A stretch of 64,000 nt of DNA from an uncultured Gemmatimonadales bacterium (GCA_963783385.1 CAWANJ010000007.1:224001-288000); one strand, 5' to 3'; positions 1-9,462 are shown, numbered from the stretch's first letter. Notes: a model not told the origin generated them from the letters alone. A program made the numbers and translations.

Positions 1-353
1 CCCTCGGGGACGGGAGCGCCCGTCATCACCCGCACGGCCGTGCCCGGTGCCAGGGGGCCCTCGGGAAAGGTGCCGGCGGGGACGTCGCCGCTGATCGGCA
101 GGATGACCGGCGAGGCCTCGGCCGCCCCGGCCACGTCCTCCGCCCGTACGGCGAAGCCGTCCATGCCGCTGTTGTCCCACGGCGGCTGGTCGACGCCGGA
201 GCGGATGTCCGCCGCGAGGGCGCGCCCGGCCGCTCGCTCCACGGGCACGATCTCGCTCCCCAGGGGTGGGGTCCGCTCCAGCACCCGGGCGAGCGCCTCC
301 GGATAGGGGAGCCAGTCCGGGCGCTCCGCCTCCCCGTGGCCTGTCCCGCTCAC
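1..353 (-). CDS. moeA: Molybdopterin molybdotransferase MoeA, N-terminal part (runs off the window edge)
   Basis: My translation of the minus strand from GTG 353 (GTGA overlap with the dacB stop) gives ...GRALAADIRSGVDQPPWDNSGMDGFAVR...GTAVRVMTGAPVPEG, containing the MoeA S-x-MDG-F/Y-A and MTGAPVP motifs. Confidence 0.87.
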   Translation of the reverse strand, partial: MSGTGHGEAERPDWLPYPEALARVLERTPPLGSEIVPVERAAGRALAADIRSGVDQPPWDNSGMDGFAVRAEDVAGAAEASPVILPISGDVPAGTFPEGPLAPGTAVRVMTGAPVPE

Positions 354-1921
354 GGCGCCCCGCTCCCGGCGCTGTCGCGCACGGCCGGCCAGCCCGGCAC
401 CACCGGCCGGCGGTAGAGGGCGAGCTGCTCGACCAGGAGGTCCCGGAGCTCCTCGGCGGCGTCCCCCGGAACGCCGTAGCCGTTCAGGAGGAGCGCGAAC
501 ACGAGCGTCTCCCCGTCCCCGGCCGTGACGTACCCGGCCAGGCCGCGCACCGCGTCCAGCGAGCCCGTCTTGGCCCGCACCGCCTCGCGCGCGGGGACGC
601 CCTCGAAGCGGCCGTGCAGGGTGCCCTCCTCCCGGGGCGCGGGCAGGGCGGAGCGGAACATCCCGAAGTCCCGTCGGCGCCACATGGTCCGCAGCAGCCG
701 CACCAGGGCGTCCGGGGTGAGCTCGTCGTAGCGCGACAGCCCCGAGCCGTCGGTGAGCTCGTAGGAGGAGGGCTCAATGCCCCAGCCGGACAGCGTCTCC
801 GACTCGATCCGCAGGCCCTCCTCGTCCGAGCCGGCCCGTCCCTCCACGGCGCCCAGCGTGCGCAGGAGCGACTCGGCCATGGCGTTGTCGCTCGGATGGA
901 GCATCTCGGAGAGGACGGCGCCGAGCGAGTCCGAGCGCAGCGTGTCGGCCCATGCCGCCGAGGGTGGCCGCTCCCCGGCGCGCGGCTCGCGGAAGCTGCC
1001 GTCCACCCGGATTCCCGAGTCGGCGAGGACCGTGGCGAAGCGGGCGAGCAGGTAGCGGGTCGGCGGCGCCGTGGCCAGGTAGAGCGGCACCGAGTCCGCG
1101 TCGGCCGGCACCCAGCCCCGGAGGATGGCCCCCGACGGGGGCGTGCCGTCCGCCGGGAGGAAGCGCACGCGCGCGGTCGATCCCGGCGCCCCGGTTCGCA
1201 CCCGGACGACGAGGGGCAGGGTCGGTCCGGGATCGAGGAGCTCCAGCGTCGCCGAGTCCCCGGGCTGCGCGCCCGGCCGGAGGAGGGCGCGCACCCGGGC
1301 CGGGTGGAGCTCGAGGCCGCCGACCCCCGAGGCCCATCCGCCCACCAGGTCTCCCCACATCCAGCCCTCTCCCCAGCGCGGCGGCTCGAAGTACCGACCG
1401 TCGCCGACCACGTCCCCCCCGATCCGGCGCACGCCCGCGCCGCGCAGCCGTCCGGCCAGGCGACGCAGCCCCTCCTCGTCCAGGGACGGATCCCCACCGC
1501 CGACCAGCCACAGGTCGCCCGCCAGCCGGCCCCGGCGCGGCGCGGCCGCGGAGAGCATCCGGGTGGCCCACCGGTGCCCGGCGCCCAGGCGCGCCAACCC
1601 GACCGAGGCGGCCACCAGCTTGGTCGTGCTGGCCGTGGTGAAGCGCTTCTCGCCGTTCCGGCTGAACAGCGTCTCGCCCGTCTCAGCCACGCGCACGACC
1701 AGGCCCACGTGCGCGTGGATCAGGCCGGGCTCGGCCAGGAGAGAGCGAAGCCGGCGGGCCAGCCCGGCGCGGTCGAGGGGCGCGGGCGGCGTGGCCGCCG
1801 GGGGGCGGGAGGGGGCGGTCGTCTGCGCGGACGCGGGAGCGGCCGCCGCCAGCAGCAGGACGCCGAGGATCGTCGCCCGCCCGGGCGAGCGTCCCGGCCC
1901 GGACGTCAGAAGTACCGCCAC
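350..1921 (-). CDS. dacB: D-alanyl-D-alanine carboxypeptidase/endopeptidase (peptidase S13, PBP4)
   Basis: Signal peptide, SxxK (ASTTK), GGGDPSL, SDN, DGSGLSR and KTG motifs. Start uncertain: GTG 1921 chosen, ORF open to 1954. Confidence 0.93.
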   Translation of the reverse strand: MAVLLTSGPGRSPGRATILGVLLLAAAAPASAQTTAPSRPPAATPPAPLDRAGLARRLRSLLAEPGLIHAHVGLVVRVAETGETLFSRNGEKRFTTASTTKLVAASVGLARLGAGHRWATRMLSAAAPRRGRLAGDLWLVGGGDPSLDEEGLRRLAGRLRGAGVRRIGGDVVGDGRYFEPPRWGEGWMWGDLVGGWASGVGGLELHPARVRALLRPGAQPGDSATLELLDPGPTLPLVVRVRTGAPGSTARVRFLPADGTPPSGAILRGWVPADADSVPLYLATAPPTRYLLARFATVLADSGIRVDGSFREPRAGERPPSAAWADTLRSDSLGAVLSEMLHPSDNAMAESLLRTLGAVEGRAGSDEEGLRIESETLSGWGIEPSSYELTDGSGLSRYDELTPDALVRLLRTMWRRRDFGMFRSALPAPREEGTLHGRFEGVPAREAVRAKTGSLDAVRGLAGYVTAGDGETLVFALLLNGYGVPGDAAEELRDLLVEQLALYRRPVVPGWPAVRDSAGSGAP

Positions 1922-2661
1922 ACCGTGACGGTCAGCGCCAGGTTGTGGGTCCACTGCTTGTCCTGCGGCGCCGCCAGCCCGAGCTGATCGATCTGGTCGA
2001 GGACGCTCTGCTGGAAGAAGCCTGATGGCGCCTTGATGTGGAGGAGCTTGTCACGGGCCTCGAAGCTCACCGAGAAGCGTCCCCCGGGGATCCACTCGAA
2101 GCCCGCGCCCGCCTCGAGGACCGGCATGGTCCCGAGGCCGTAGCGGAACGGCGCGTCCGCGGTGGCGGACAGGGCGGGACTCAGGGGCTGGTCGAAGCCG
2201 CGCAGGAGGCCGCCCTCGAGAAGGACGAAGGGCTGGAGCCGGTGCCAGGTGCGCTGTCCGGTCAGGGCGAACTGGAGGCCGGCCTCGATCGAGGCCCAGC
2301 GGGTGGTGGTGGTGTCCACGACGCCGGGCCCGTTCGCCAGTCGGGGGTCGATGACCAGGAGGTCCGATCGCCCGTATGCGGCCTGGACCTCCACGCTCAG
2401 CGGGTTGCTGAGCCGGGCCCGGAAGATCAATCCTCCGTACGGTGTGGAGCCCGGGCCGAGGCGGTCCGTTCCGCGGCCGGTGTCGAGCCAGCCCCCGAAC
2501 GCGCCGAGCCGCAGGGCCCGGCCCACCCAGCGATACGCGCTGGTGATGTGCGGGGCGTTCGTCGCCGGGACCTGCTGTCCGGCGACCGGCGAGGCGGCCA
2601 GCAGCCCCAGCCCGAAGGCCAGTCCCAGTACCGGGATGTATGTGCCCGCCTTCCTCCCCAC
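1906..2661 (-). CDS. Exported protein, probable small outer-membrane beta-barrel
   Basis: GGAGGA RBS, signal peptide ending VAG, alternating beta-strand pattern, C-terminal aromatic strand (LALTVTVWRYF). Confidence 0.6.
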   Translation of the reverse strand: MGRKAGTYIPVLGLAFGLGLLAASPVAGQQVPATNAPHITSAYRWVGRALRLGAFGGWLDTGRGTDRLGPGSTPYGGLIFRARLSNPLSVEVQAAYGRSDLLVIDPRLANGPGVVDTTTTRWASIEAGLQFALTGQRTWHRLQPFVLLEGGLLRGFDQPLSPALSATADAPFRYGLGTMPVLEAGAGFEWIPGGRFSVSFEARDKLLHIKAPSGFFQQSVLDQIDQLGLAAPQDKQWTHNLALTVTVWRYF

Positions 2662-2880
2662 ACCGTCCTCCGATTCGCGTCCGTGTGCGCCTGGTGGTGC
2701 TCGTGGCCGTACCCGCGGCCCGACCCGGCGAGCGGCCGGGCTCGTCCCGGCCGCGATTGCCGGCGTCCGAAGCGGTTTCTATACTCGAAGAGCCCGCGAG
2801 GTCCGGGATGAGCCCCGGGCCACGAGCCGGGGCGGGACGACCGGTCCGCCAATGTAGGAGCGCCGCCCCGCCGCATCCAA

Positions 2881-3966
2881 ATGGAGGTCGCCGTACTGCC
2901 ACACCGTTCCGTCCTTCGACGCGCCGCCACCCCCGTCCTCGTGGGCCTCGCCCTGGCGGCGGGCACGCTCGGGGCGCGCGCCCAGACGGCCCGCGTCTCG
3001 GTCGATCGGGAGAACCTCCGCCAGGCGCCGCAGGGGAAGGTGCTGGCGCAGGTGAACCAGGGCACGGACCTGGCCATCGTCGGTCGGCAGGGACAGTGGC
3101 GACAGGTGGTTCTGTCCGGCTGGATCTGGGGACCCTCGGTGTCCTCGGTGAACCGCGATGGCTTCGACCTGGTCGTGTCGGCGGCCGGCGGCGAGAACCT
3201 GCGGGCGCAGCCCGACGCCGGAGCCAATGTGGACGCCCGCCTGCTGCGGGGCTTCCTCCTGGAGAAGACGGGGGAGCAGGGCAGCTGGGTGCACGTGCGC
3301 CGCACGGCGTGGATGTGGGGCCCCTCCCTGGCCGGGTCGTCCACCCCCGGAGGGAGCTCCGGGGGAAGCCCGAGCGGGGGCGGTGGCTCCGGGGGAGCCG
3401 GCGCCGGTGAGGCCGGGGGCTCGGCGGGCGGCGCGCGTCCGGCGGCGGGAAGCAACCAGCTCCCCGACCACGTGGTGGTGAAGGGCGCCCCGGCCCGCCT
3501 GTTCGTGTCCCCGCAGGGCGACACGCTGGCCGTGGCCCGGCCCGGCGCCGACCTGCAGGTGCTCGAGCACCGGGGCGAGTGGAGCCGGGTGCGGCTGGAA
3601 GGTTGGGTCCGCAACTCCGAGCTCCTCCCCGCCGACTCGGCCGCCGCCAGCGCCGGGCTCACGCCGTCCGACCTGCGGACGAACCCGGACCAGTACGTGG
3701 GCCGGGTGGTGCGCTGGAACGTGCAGTTCATCTCGCTCGAGAAGGCGGAGGCGGTGCGGACGGACTTCTACGAGGGGGAGCCGTTCATTCTGGCCCGCTC
3801 GCCCGGTCCCTCCGAGAGCTTCGTGTACCTGGCGGTGCCGCCCGAGCTCCTCCAGCAGGTCGGGGCGCTGCGCCCCCTCCAGTCCATCCAGGTGGTGGCC
3901 CGGGTGCGGACCGGGCGCTCGGCCCTCATGGGCGCCCCGGTCCTGAATCTCCTGGAGATCCACTAG
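2881..3966 (+). CDS. Secreted multi-SH3b-domain protein with Gly-rich linker and C-terminal OB-fold-like region
   Basis: Signal peptide (ARA|Q); three repeats of the type ENLRxxP...G-x-W-x-x-V...GW; Gly/Ser linker. Confidence 0.7.
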   Translation: MEVAVLPHRSVLRRAATPVLVGLALAAGTLGARAQTARVSVDRENLRQAPQGKVLAQVNQGTDLAIVGRQGQWRQVVLSGWIWGPSVSSVNRDGFDLVVSAAGGENLRAQPDAGANVDARLLRGFLLEKTGEQGSWVHVRRTAWMWGPSLAGSSTPGGSSGGSPSGGGGSGGAGAGEAGGSAGGARPAAGSNQLPDHVVVKGAPARLFVSPQGDTLAVARPGADLQVLEHRGEWSRVRLEGWVRNSELLPADSAAASAGLTPSDLRTNPDQYVGRVVRWNVQFISLEKAEAVRTDFYEGEPFILARSPGPSESFVYLAVPPELLQQVGALRPLQSIQVVARVRTGRSALMGAPVLNLLEIH

Positions 3967-3971
3967 CCTGC

Positions 3972-4032
3972 TTGCCGCCCCTCCTCCGGGGATGCTATGC
4001 TTCGGTGTCACTTTCGGTTTTTGTTCGGTATG
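3972..4032 (+). promoter_or_regulatory. Putative imuA promoter with TTCGGT direct-repeat operator (candidate SOS/LexA-type box)
   Basis: TTGCCG (3972) N18 TATGCT (3996) with extended TG. TTCGG at 4001, 4013 and 4024. The 22-mer 4011-4032 is 20/22 identical to 9588-9609 before dnaE2. Confidence 0.6.
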
Positions 4033-4091
4033 ACCGCCGGGAGGCCCGCCCGTCCTCCGGAGCGGCGATCCCGGCGGCGGCAGGAGGTCGT

Positions 4092-4853
4092 ATGGCCGAT
4101 CCCGCGGTCCTGCGGGAGCTGGAGAGGAAGCTCGAGGAGATCGGTTCCGCCGGGGTCCGTCCGGCCGACGTCCGGCCGACGGTGTCCACCGGCGTGCCAC
4201 TCCTGGACGCCGTCCTCCCGCGCGGCGGACTTCCCCGGGGCGAGCCCGTGGAGTGGCTGGGTCCGCGCTCGTGCGGAAAGACGGCCCTGCTGCGCAGCGT
4301 CCTCCTCCGGCTGAGGGAGGAGGGCGAGCCCGTGGCGATCGTGGACGCGGGCCGGACCCTGTTCTCCCCCGACTGGCTCGAAGCCGAGACGGGGGAGGGG
4401 GCGTTCTGGGTCGTGCGTCCCCCATCGCAGGAAGAGGCCGCCTGGTGCTCCGACCTCCTGCTCAGGAGCGGGAGCTTCGGCGCCGTGGCCCTCCTCCTGG
4501 GGGATGAGCCGGGAGAGGCGTCCTCCTCCGGCTCGCCGGGAAGGACGGGGCCGGGGTTGCGCCGGAGCGTCTCGGTACGGCTCCAGCGGCTGGCCGAGGA
4601 GGCGGGGACGGTCTTCGTGGTGGGGGGCGCCTCGCCCCTGGCGGCCCTCCGCCTCCGCTTCCGGCCCGGACGGGTGGAGCCGGTGACCGGCGTCCCCTTC
4701 GCCCCCTTCCTCCCCACGATCCGGCCGGTCTGGGTCCGGGTGGAGTGGGGACGGTCGGCGGAAATCCCGGTGCTGTGTCCCGAGCCGGGTGGAGGCCGAC
4801 CCCGGCGCCCCGGGGAAGGCGGGGCGATCCGGGACCGCAAGGGACGCCGGTGA
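4092..4853 (+). CDS. imuA: ImuA/RecA-like protein of the mutagenesis cassette
   Basis: GGAGG RBS and ATG 4092; STGVPLLDAVLPRGGLPRG and Walker A GPRSCGKT; directly upstream of the imuB-like gene. Confidence 0.75.
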   Translation: MADPAVLRELERKLEEIGSAGVRPADVRPTVSTGVPLLDAVLPRGGLPRGEPVEWLGPRSCGKTALLRSVLLRLREEGEPVAIVDAGRTLFSPDWLEAETGEGAFWVVRPPSQEEAAWCSDLLLRSGSFGAVALLLGDEPGEASSSGSPGRTGPGLRRSVSVRLQRLAEEAGTVFVVGGASPLAALRLRFRPGRVEPVTGVPFAPFLPTIRPVWVRVEWGRSAEIPVLCPEPGGGRPRRPGEGGAIRDRKGRR

Positions 4854-4856
4854 GCC

Positions 4857-6347
4857 GTGGGCCGGGTCGCCTCGGTCCGCATCGCGGACCTCCCGCGGGG
4901 GCGAGCCGGGGGCGCGTCTCCCCGGGATGACGGAGAGGGCCCGCCGGCCCGCCGGCTGGCCGTGTCCCTCCTGGCGGCCTCGCCGCGGGTGATGGTGGCC
5001 GGCCCCGGCCTGTGCCGGGTGGACGCGCGCGGCTGGGAGCGCCGGGGCGGGGAAGTCGCCTTCGCCCGGGCCCTGCACGCGGCGTCCCGGGGGGAGCGCG
5101 TGCGCGTCGGCGTGGGGATCGCGGACGGGACGGTGGCGTCGGATGCGGCCGCCACCCTGGCCGCGGAGGGCGCGCCTTCCGCGCGGGCCGCCGTCCCGTC
5201 CGCGACCGGGACCGCCGCCGTCGGGTCCGGACCGGAGCCACCCCGGACCCGGATCGTGGCCCCCGGGGGGTGCCGGGCGTTCCTGTCCGATCTCCCGCTG
5301 TCCCTCCTGGGCCTCCCGGAGGAAATGACCGAGACCCTCCGGGTCCTGGGCTTCCGGACGGCGGGCGAGCTGGCCGCGCGGAACCGCGCGGAGCTCGAGA
5401 CTCGCTTCGGTCCGGCCGGGGTGCTGGCGCACCGGCGGGCTTCGGGGGAGGGGGACGAGCCCTTCCGACCACTGGCCGCCGAGGACCTCCCCGGGGCTTC
5501 CGTGGAGCTCGAGGCGGGCGTCCGGGAGGTGGAGCCCCTCCTGTTCGTCCTCGGTCCTCTCCTGGACAGCCTGTGCGAGGAGGTGGGCCGGACGGGATGG
5601 TCCATACGGCGACTCCTCCTCCGCCTGGAGGTGGAGGGCGGGGGCCACGGGGAGGTCTCCGTGCGTCCGGCTCGCCCCACCCTCCGGCGGGACCTCCTCC
5701 ACGAGCTGTGCCGTGCGGGCCTGGAGCGGGCCGCGGCGGCGCGGGACGGGGGAGAGGGGCGGCTCCCGGCTCCCGTCGTGGGGCTCTCCGTTCTGGCGGT
5801 CGTCCGATCGGCCCCGGCGGTGCGCCAGGAGGAGCTGTTCCGGGCCCGGAGCCGGGATCCGGTCCCGGCCACGGCGGCGCTCTCCCGCATCCGGGCCCGG
5901 CTGGGCGAGGACGCGGTGGTGGCTCCTCTCCCCCGTCCGCACCATCGACCCGAGCGACGCAACGGGTGGCGACCCGTCTCCCCACCCGGGGAGGAGCCCT
6001 CGAGCGGCGGGACGGTCGAGGACGGGCGCGCCGGGCCCGGACGCCCGGAGGCGGCTTCCTCCCCGGGGGAGAGCTCCGTGGCGGGCGTCCTGCGCCTCCT
6101 CCCCGAGCCCCGGCCCGTGGACGTGCGGTGGGAGGGTGGGAGGCCCGTGGCCGCCTGGGATGGGGAGGGAAGACACGAGATCGTGACGGCGGAGGGTCCG
6201 GAGCGTCTCTCGGGTGAGTGGTGGGAAGATCCTTACCGCCGCGAGTATTACCGTGCCTGCACGGCGGACGGGGAACTCCTGTGGCTGTTTCGTGAATACC
6301 GTTCCGATGGCGCATGGCACTGGTGGCTGCACGGGTGGTGGGACTGA
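4857..6347 (+). CDS. imuB: ImuB-like inactive Y-family DNA polymerase
   Basis: FLSDLPLSLLGL...LRVLGFRTAGELA...RFG, beta-clamp-like QEELF, C-terminal GPERLSGEWW...REYYR...WLFR...WWLHGWWD. Confidence 0.85.
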   Translation: MGRVASVRIADLPRGRAGGASPRDDGEGPPARRLAVSLLAASPRVMVAGPGLCRVDARGWERRGGEVAFARALHAASRGERVRVGVGIADGTVASDAAATLAAEGAPSARAAVPSATGTAAVGSGPEPPRTRIVAPGGCRAFLSDLPLSLLGLPEEMTETLRVLGFRTAGELAARNRAELETRFGPAGVLAHRRASGEGDEPFRPLAAEDLPGASVELEAGVREVEPLLFVLGPLLDSLCEEVGRTGWSIRRLLLRLEVEGGGHGEVSVRPARPTLRRDLLHELCRAGLERAAAARDGGEGRLPAPVVGLSVLAVVRSAPAVRQEELFRARSRDPVPATAALSRIRARLGEDAVVAPLPRPHHRPERRNGWRPVSPPGEEPSSGGTVEDGRAGPGRPEAASSPGESSVAGVLRLLPEPRPVDVRWEGGRPVAAWDGEGRHEIVTAEGPERLSGEWWEDPYRREYYRACTADGELLWLFREYRSDGAWHWWLHGWWD

Positions 6348-6409
6348 CGGGGTGCCCACGGCGTGCGCCCGCCAGCGGGGTGCGATTCCCCGGGAGCGTG
6401 GCTACATTG

Positions 6410-6550
6410 GTCGGTCGAACAGGGGTAGGGTAGTGCCGCAGGCGCACGTGCCCGGCCCGCCCCGTCGGTCGTCCGCGAGGGCGCCGATACGAGGGCGACC
6501 TTCGACCGACGCACCGGGACACGACTTCCGATGACCCCGACCTCACCTCT
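6410..6550 (+). ncRNA. Candidate structured leader or ncRNA with two alternative folds (family unassigned)
   Basis: Intergenic, after a TACATT -10-like hexamer (6403). Several complementary segments: 6410-6419/6501-6510, 6463-6471/6503-6511, 6447-6455/6514-6523, 6421-6431/6540-6550. Confidence 0.3.
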
Positions 6551-6648
6551 ACAGGGCGATGGCCGCCGCCGGACGGCGCTCGGACCGGACCGGACTTCCG
6601 GCCCGCGGCGTCCGCGCGCGCATGCCGGGCGGCGGGGAAGAGGCTAGA

Positions 6649-7158
6649 GTGAACGTACCGTCCGGGACCGGGCCGGGGACCGATCCGGACGAGCCCATGG
6701 TGCTCCTGCCGGAGGACGAATCCGGGCGATTCGGGCACTGGACGCCGGGACGCTGGATCCTGGTGGCCGTACTGATCGGGGCTGCCGCGGGAGGCGGCGC
6801 CGTCCTGTTCCTGGGCGGCGGAGACCAGGGCAACGCCGGCGCGCCGGCGCGCCCGGAGCCCGAGCGGCGGGTGGACCCGGTCGTGCGCCGCCTGGGCATG
6901 CTCTCGGACTCGCTGCAGGATCGCCTGTCGGCGTACTGGGAGGCCCAGGATGGATTCGACCGCAGGCGGATCGGGTGCGACAGTCTGGCGAGCGTCTACC
7001 GGGGCGTGGACGAGGCCTTCCTGTCGGTGGCGCAGGCCTACCGGCAGACGGGGGCCCCGGCCGACACGGCGGTCGCCCGCACCTTCGACCGGGCCTCGAC
7101 GGCGGCCGACAGCGCCAACCGTCGGTTCGACGCGACCGGTTGCCGGAGACCGGAGTAG
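6649..7158 (+). CDS. Hypothetical single-pass membrane protein with periplasmic helical domain and two Cys
   Basis: GGAAGAGG RBS and GTG 6649; one TM segment (WILVAVLIGAAAGGGAVLFL); GC3-biased codons. Confidence 0.65.
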   Translation: MNVPSGTGPGTDPDEPMVLLPEDESGRFGHWTPGRWILVAVLIGAAAGGGAVLFLGGGDQGNAGAPARPEPERRVDPVVRRLGMLSDSLQDRLSAYWEAQDGFDRRRIGCDSLASVYRGVDEAFLSVAQAYRQTGAPADTAVARTFDRASTAADSANRRFDATGCRRPE

Positions 7159-7236
7159 AGCGGAGGCGGTTACGGCGTTGCGCACGCAGGCGGCGGGCGA
7201 GCGGCGGCAGCGTGATTCTCGATACGGAGGCGGGGC

Positions 7237-9462
7237 GTGAAGCGATCGGTCCTGTACACGATCCTGGTGATGTTCGGCGTCGGACTGGCGGTCCCCGGCC
7301 GGGCCGCGGCGCAGCAGACCCCGCCTCTCACCAAGACGGACGTCGTCCGTCTGCTGGTGAGCCCATCCACCACCCAGGCGGAGACGGCGCGCACGATCCG
7401 TAGCCGTTGCCTGAGCTTCCAGCCCACGGCGTCGGACATCGACGACTTCAAGCGACTGGGCGCGACGCAGCCGGTGCTCGACGCGATCCAGGCCTGCCAG
7501 GCCCAGCGCGAGGCGGAGCAGCGTCGCCGGCAGCAGGAGCGGCAGCGCCAGCAGGAGCAGAAGCCCCCGCCCACCGCGGCGCAGCCGTCCGCGGCGGCTC
7601 GCCCGAGCCTCAGCCTCGAGGCCGACTCCGCGCGGACGGTCACCGGCGGGGAGGTGTCCATCCCGGTGCACGTGGAGAGGAACGGCCAGCCGGTGAGCGG
7701 CATCCGGGTGGTGGCGCGCGGGAGCGGTAGCCTGCCCGGCGGGTCGGGCTCCGACGTCACGGCCGTGACGGACCCGGACGGATCGGCGCGGCTCCGCGTG
7801 ACCGCCCCCTCCGCCGCGGGTCGCTACCAGGTGCAGGTCGCTCCAATCTCGTCCGACGTCCAGGGGGGAGGGCCGTTCCAGCTCGTGGTCCTTCCGGGAC
7901 TGGCGCGCACGGTCCTCCTGCAGCCCGACCACCTGCGGCTGGCGCAGGCCGGTCTGGACACCCTGTCGATGAGCGTGGTCGTGCACGACGCGCAGGGCAA
8001 CGGCGTCACGGGCGCGGAGGTCCGGCTCCGGCACAGCGAGTCCGGGGGCCGCGAGGTGAGCTGGCGGGCGACCACGGGCCCGTTCGGCCTGGCCGACTTC
8101 CACCTCCCGGCCGACGCCTTCCGGGGCGGAGACACCCTGGCGGTGGTCGTGGACGGGAAGGTCCTCGCGCACCTCCCCGTGACGGGAGAGCGCACCCCCG
8201 AGGTGGCGGTCCGGCCGGACTCGCTCGGTGCCCGGGTTCAGAGGGCGCAGGGGTTGCTGGACGCCGGTCAGCCCTCTCAGGCGGCCCAGGCGTTCCAGGA
8301 GATCCTCGCGCAGGACGCCCGGAACGCGGACGCCCTCGTCGGCCTCGGCCAGGCGCTCCTCGCGCAGGGGGCGACGCCCCGGGCCGAGGCGCGGTTCCGG
8401 GACGCGCTCGCCGCCGACCCCAGCCGGGTGGACGCCATGCAGGGGCTGGCGCGCATCGCGCGCGATCGCGGGGACCTGAAGGAGGCCGCGCGCTGGCAGC
8501 GCTCGGTGGCCGAGCACCGTCCGGCCCAGCCGGACGCGTGGATCCAGCTCGGAGACCGGTATCTGGCGGCGGGGGAGGCCCGGGAGGCGCACGACGCCTA
8601 CCAGCGGGCCCTGGTGCTCGATCCGGGCTCGCGCGAGGCGCGGGCCGGCCTGCGGCGCGTGGAAACCGCCGTGCGCGCCACGCCGCCCTACGCCGAGGGC
8701 TTCATGTGGGGCGGGAAGCTGTTCTCCCCGGCCGGCTCGGGGAACGGTCGGTCCGTCGGCTTCCGGCGGGGCGGGGCGGCGGTGTGGCCGGTGCCGCAGC
8801 TGCGGCTGCGCGGCTACTACGACAACATGCTGCTCCTCGACCACCCGGAGCTGGTGCGTGGTCCGGTCGACATGCGGGGCGTGTGGGCCGACGCGCGGGC
8901 GAGCTACGGCCCCGGCCAGCGCTTCTCGACCCTGGCCGGCTACGCCCGCCGGGGACAGCCCCCCTACGACGTGGGGGAGGACGTGTTCGAGCTGGCCCAG
9001 ACGGTGCGGCTCGGAGAGGGGCTGCGCGACTTCGACCGGGTGTCGCTGCGGCTCGGGACCCTGATCGGGCACTGGTTCGACCGCACGGACTACCTGGTCA
9101 CGACCACGATCGGGATCCCGGCCAGCCCCACGGTCCGGGTCGTGCCGAGCTTCTCGTACGGGGACTACGTCGGAACGGTCGCGTTCGCGGACCGATACGC
9201 CGCCAAGGAGGGACGCTTCAGCCTGGGCCTGGACATCCGTCCCGCGGCCGGGTGGGAGGTGCAGCCCGCCCTCTCCTACGGCGACGTGACCGCGGCGTCC
9301 GACTCGCTCTCGGGCGGGCTGTTCGACGGGACGCTCCAGGTCACCGCGCCGCTGGGCGACTACAGCCGGGTGCAGGCCTTCTTCCGCTACCAGTCCCCGC
9401 CGGGCCTTCCCAAGTTCACGACCCTGGGGCTGGGATTCTTCGGTCTGGTGCCGCGCCCCTGA
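7237..9462 (+). CDS. Secreted protein: small helical domain + Ig-like (Big_1-type) domains + TPR repeats + C-terminal beta-barrel-like region
   Basis: Signal peptide (AAA|Q); VTDPDGSAR and DAQGNGVTGAEV Ig-like motifs; TPR-like helices (NADALVGLGQALL, DAWIQLGDRYL, RALVLDPGS); aromatic-rich strands at the C-terminus. Confidence 0.75.
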   Translation: MKRSVLYTILVMFGVGLAVPGRAAAQQTPPLTKTDVVRLLVSPSTTQAETARTIRSRCLSFQPTASDIDDFKRLGATQPVLDAIQACQAQREAEQRRRQQERQRQQEQKPPPTAAQPSAAARPSLSLEADSARTVTGGEVSIPVHVERNGQPVSGIRVVARGSGSLPGGSGSDVTAVTDPDGSARLRVTAPSAAGRYQVQVAPISSDVQGGGPFQLVVLPGLARTVLLQPDHLRLAQAGLDTLSMSVVVHDAQGNGVTGAEVRLRHSESGGREVSWRATTGPFGLADFHLPADAFRGGDTLAVVVDGKVLAHLPVTGERTPEVAVRPDSLGARVQRAQGLLDAGQPSQAAQAFQEILAQDARNADALVGLGQALLAQGATPRAEARFRDALAADPSRVDAMQGLARIARDRGDLKEAARWQRSVAEHRPAQPDAWIQLGDRYLAAGEAREAHDAYQRALVLDPGSREARAGLRRVETAVRATPPYAEGFMWGGKLFSPAGSGNGRSVGFRRGGAAVWPVPQLRLRGYYDNMLLLDHPELVRGPVDMRGVWADARASYGPGQRFSTLAGYARRGQPPYDVGEDVFELAQTVRLGEGLRDFDRVSLRLGTLIGHWFDRTDYLVTTTIGIPASPTVRVVPSFSYGDYVGTVAFADRYAAKEGRFSLGLDIRPAAGWEVQPALSYGDVTAASDSLSGGLFDGTLQVTAPLGDYSRVQAFFRYQSPPGLPKFTTLGLGFFGLVPRP

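Noticed and set aside
4030-4314. Separate peptide starting at the ATG inside the imuA operator
   Set aside because: Out of frame with imuA, overlaps it, has non-coding-like composition, and imuA has its own GGAGG RBS before 4092.
6410-6550. Assignment as 6S RNA, SRP RNA or a known riboswitch
   Set aside because: The rod fold is short for 6S, and I found no SRP, TPP, cobalamin, SAM or c-di-GMP consensus; kept only as an unassigned candidate.
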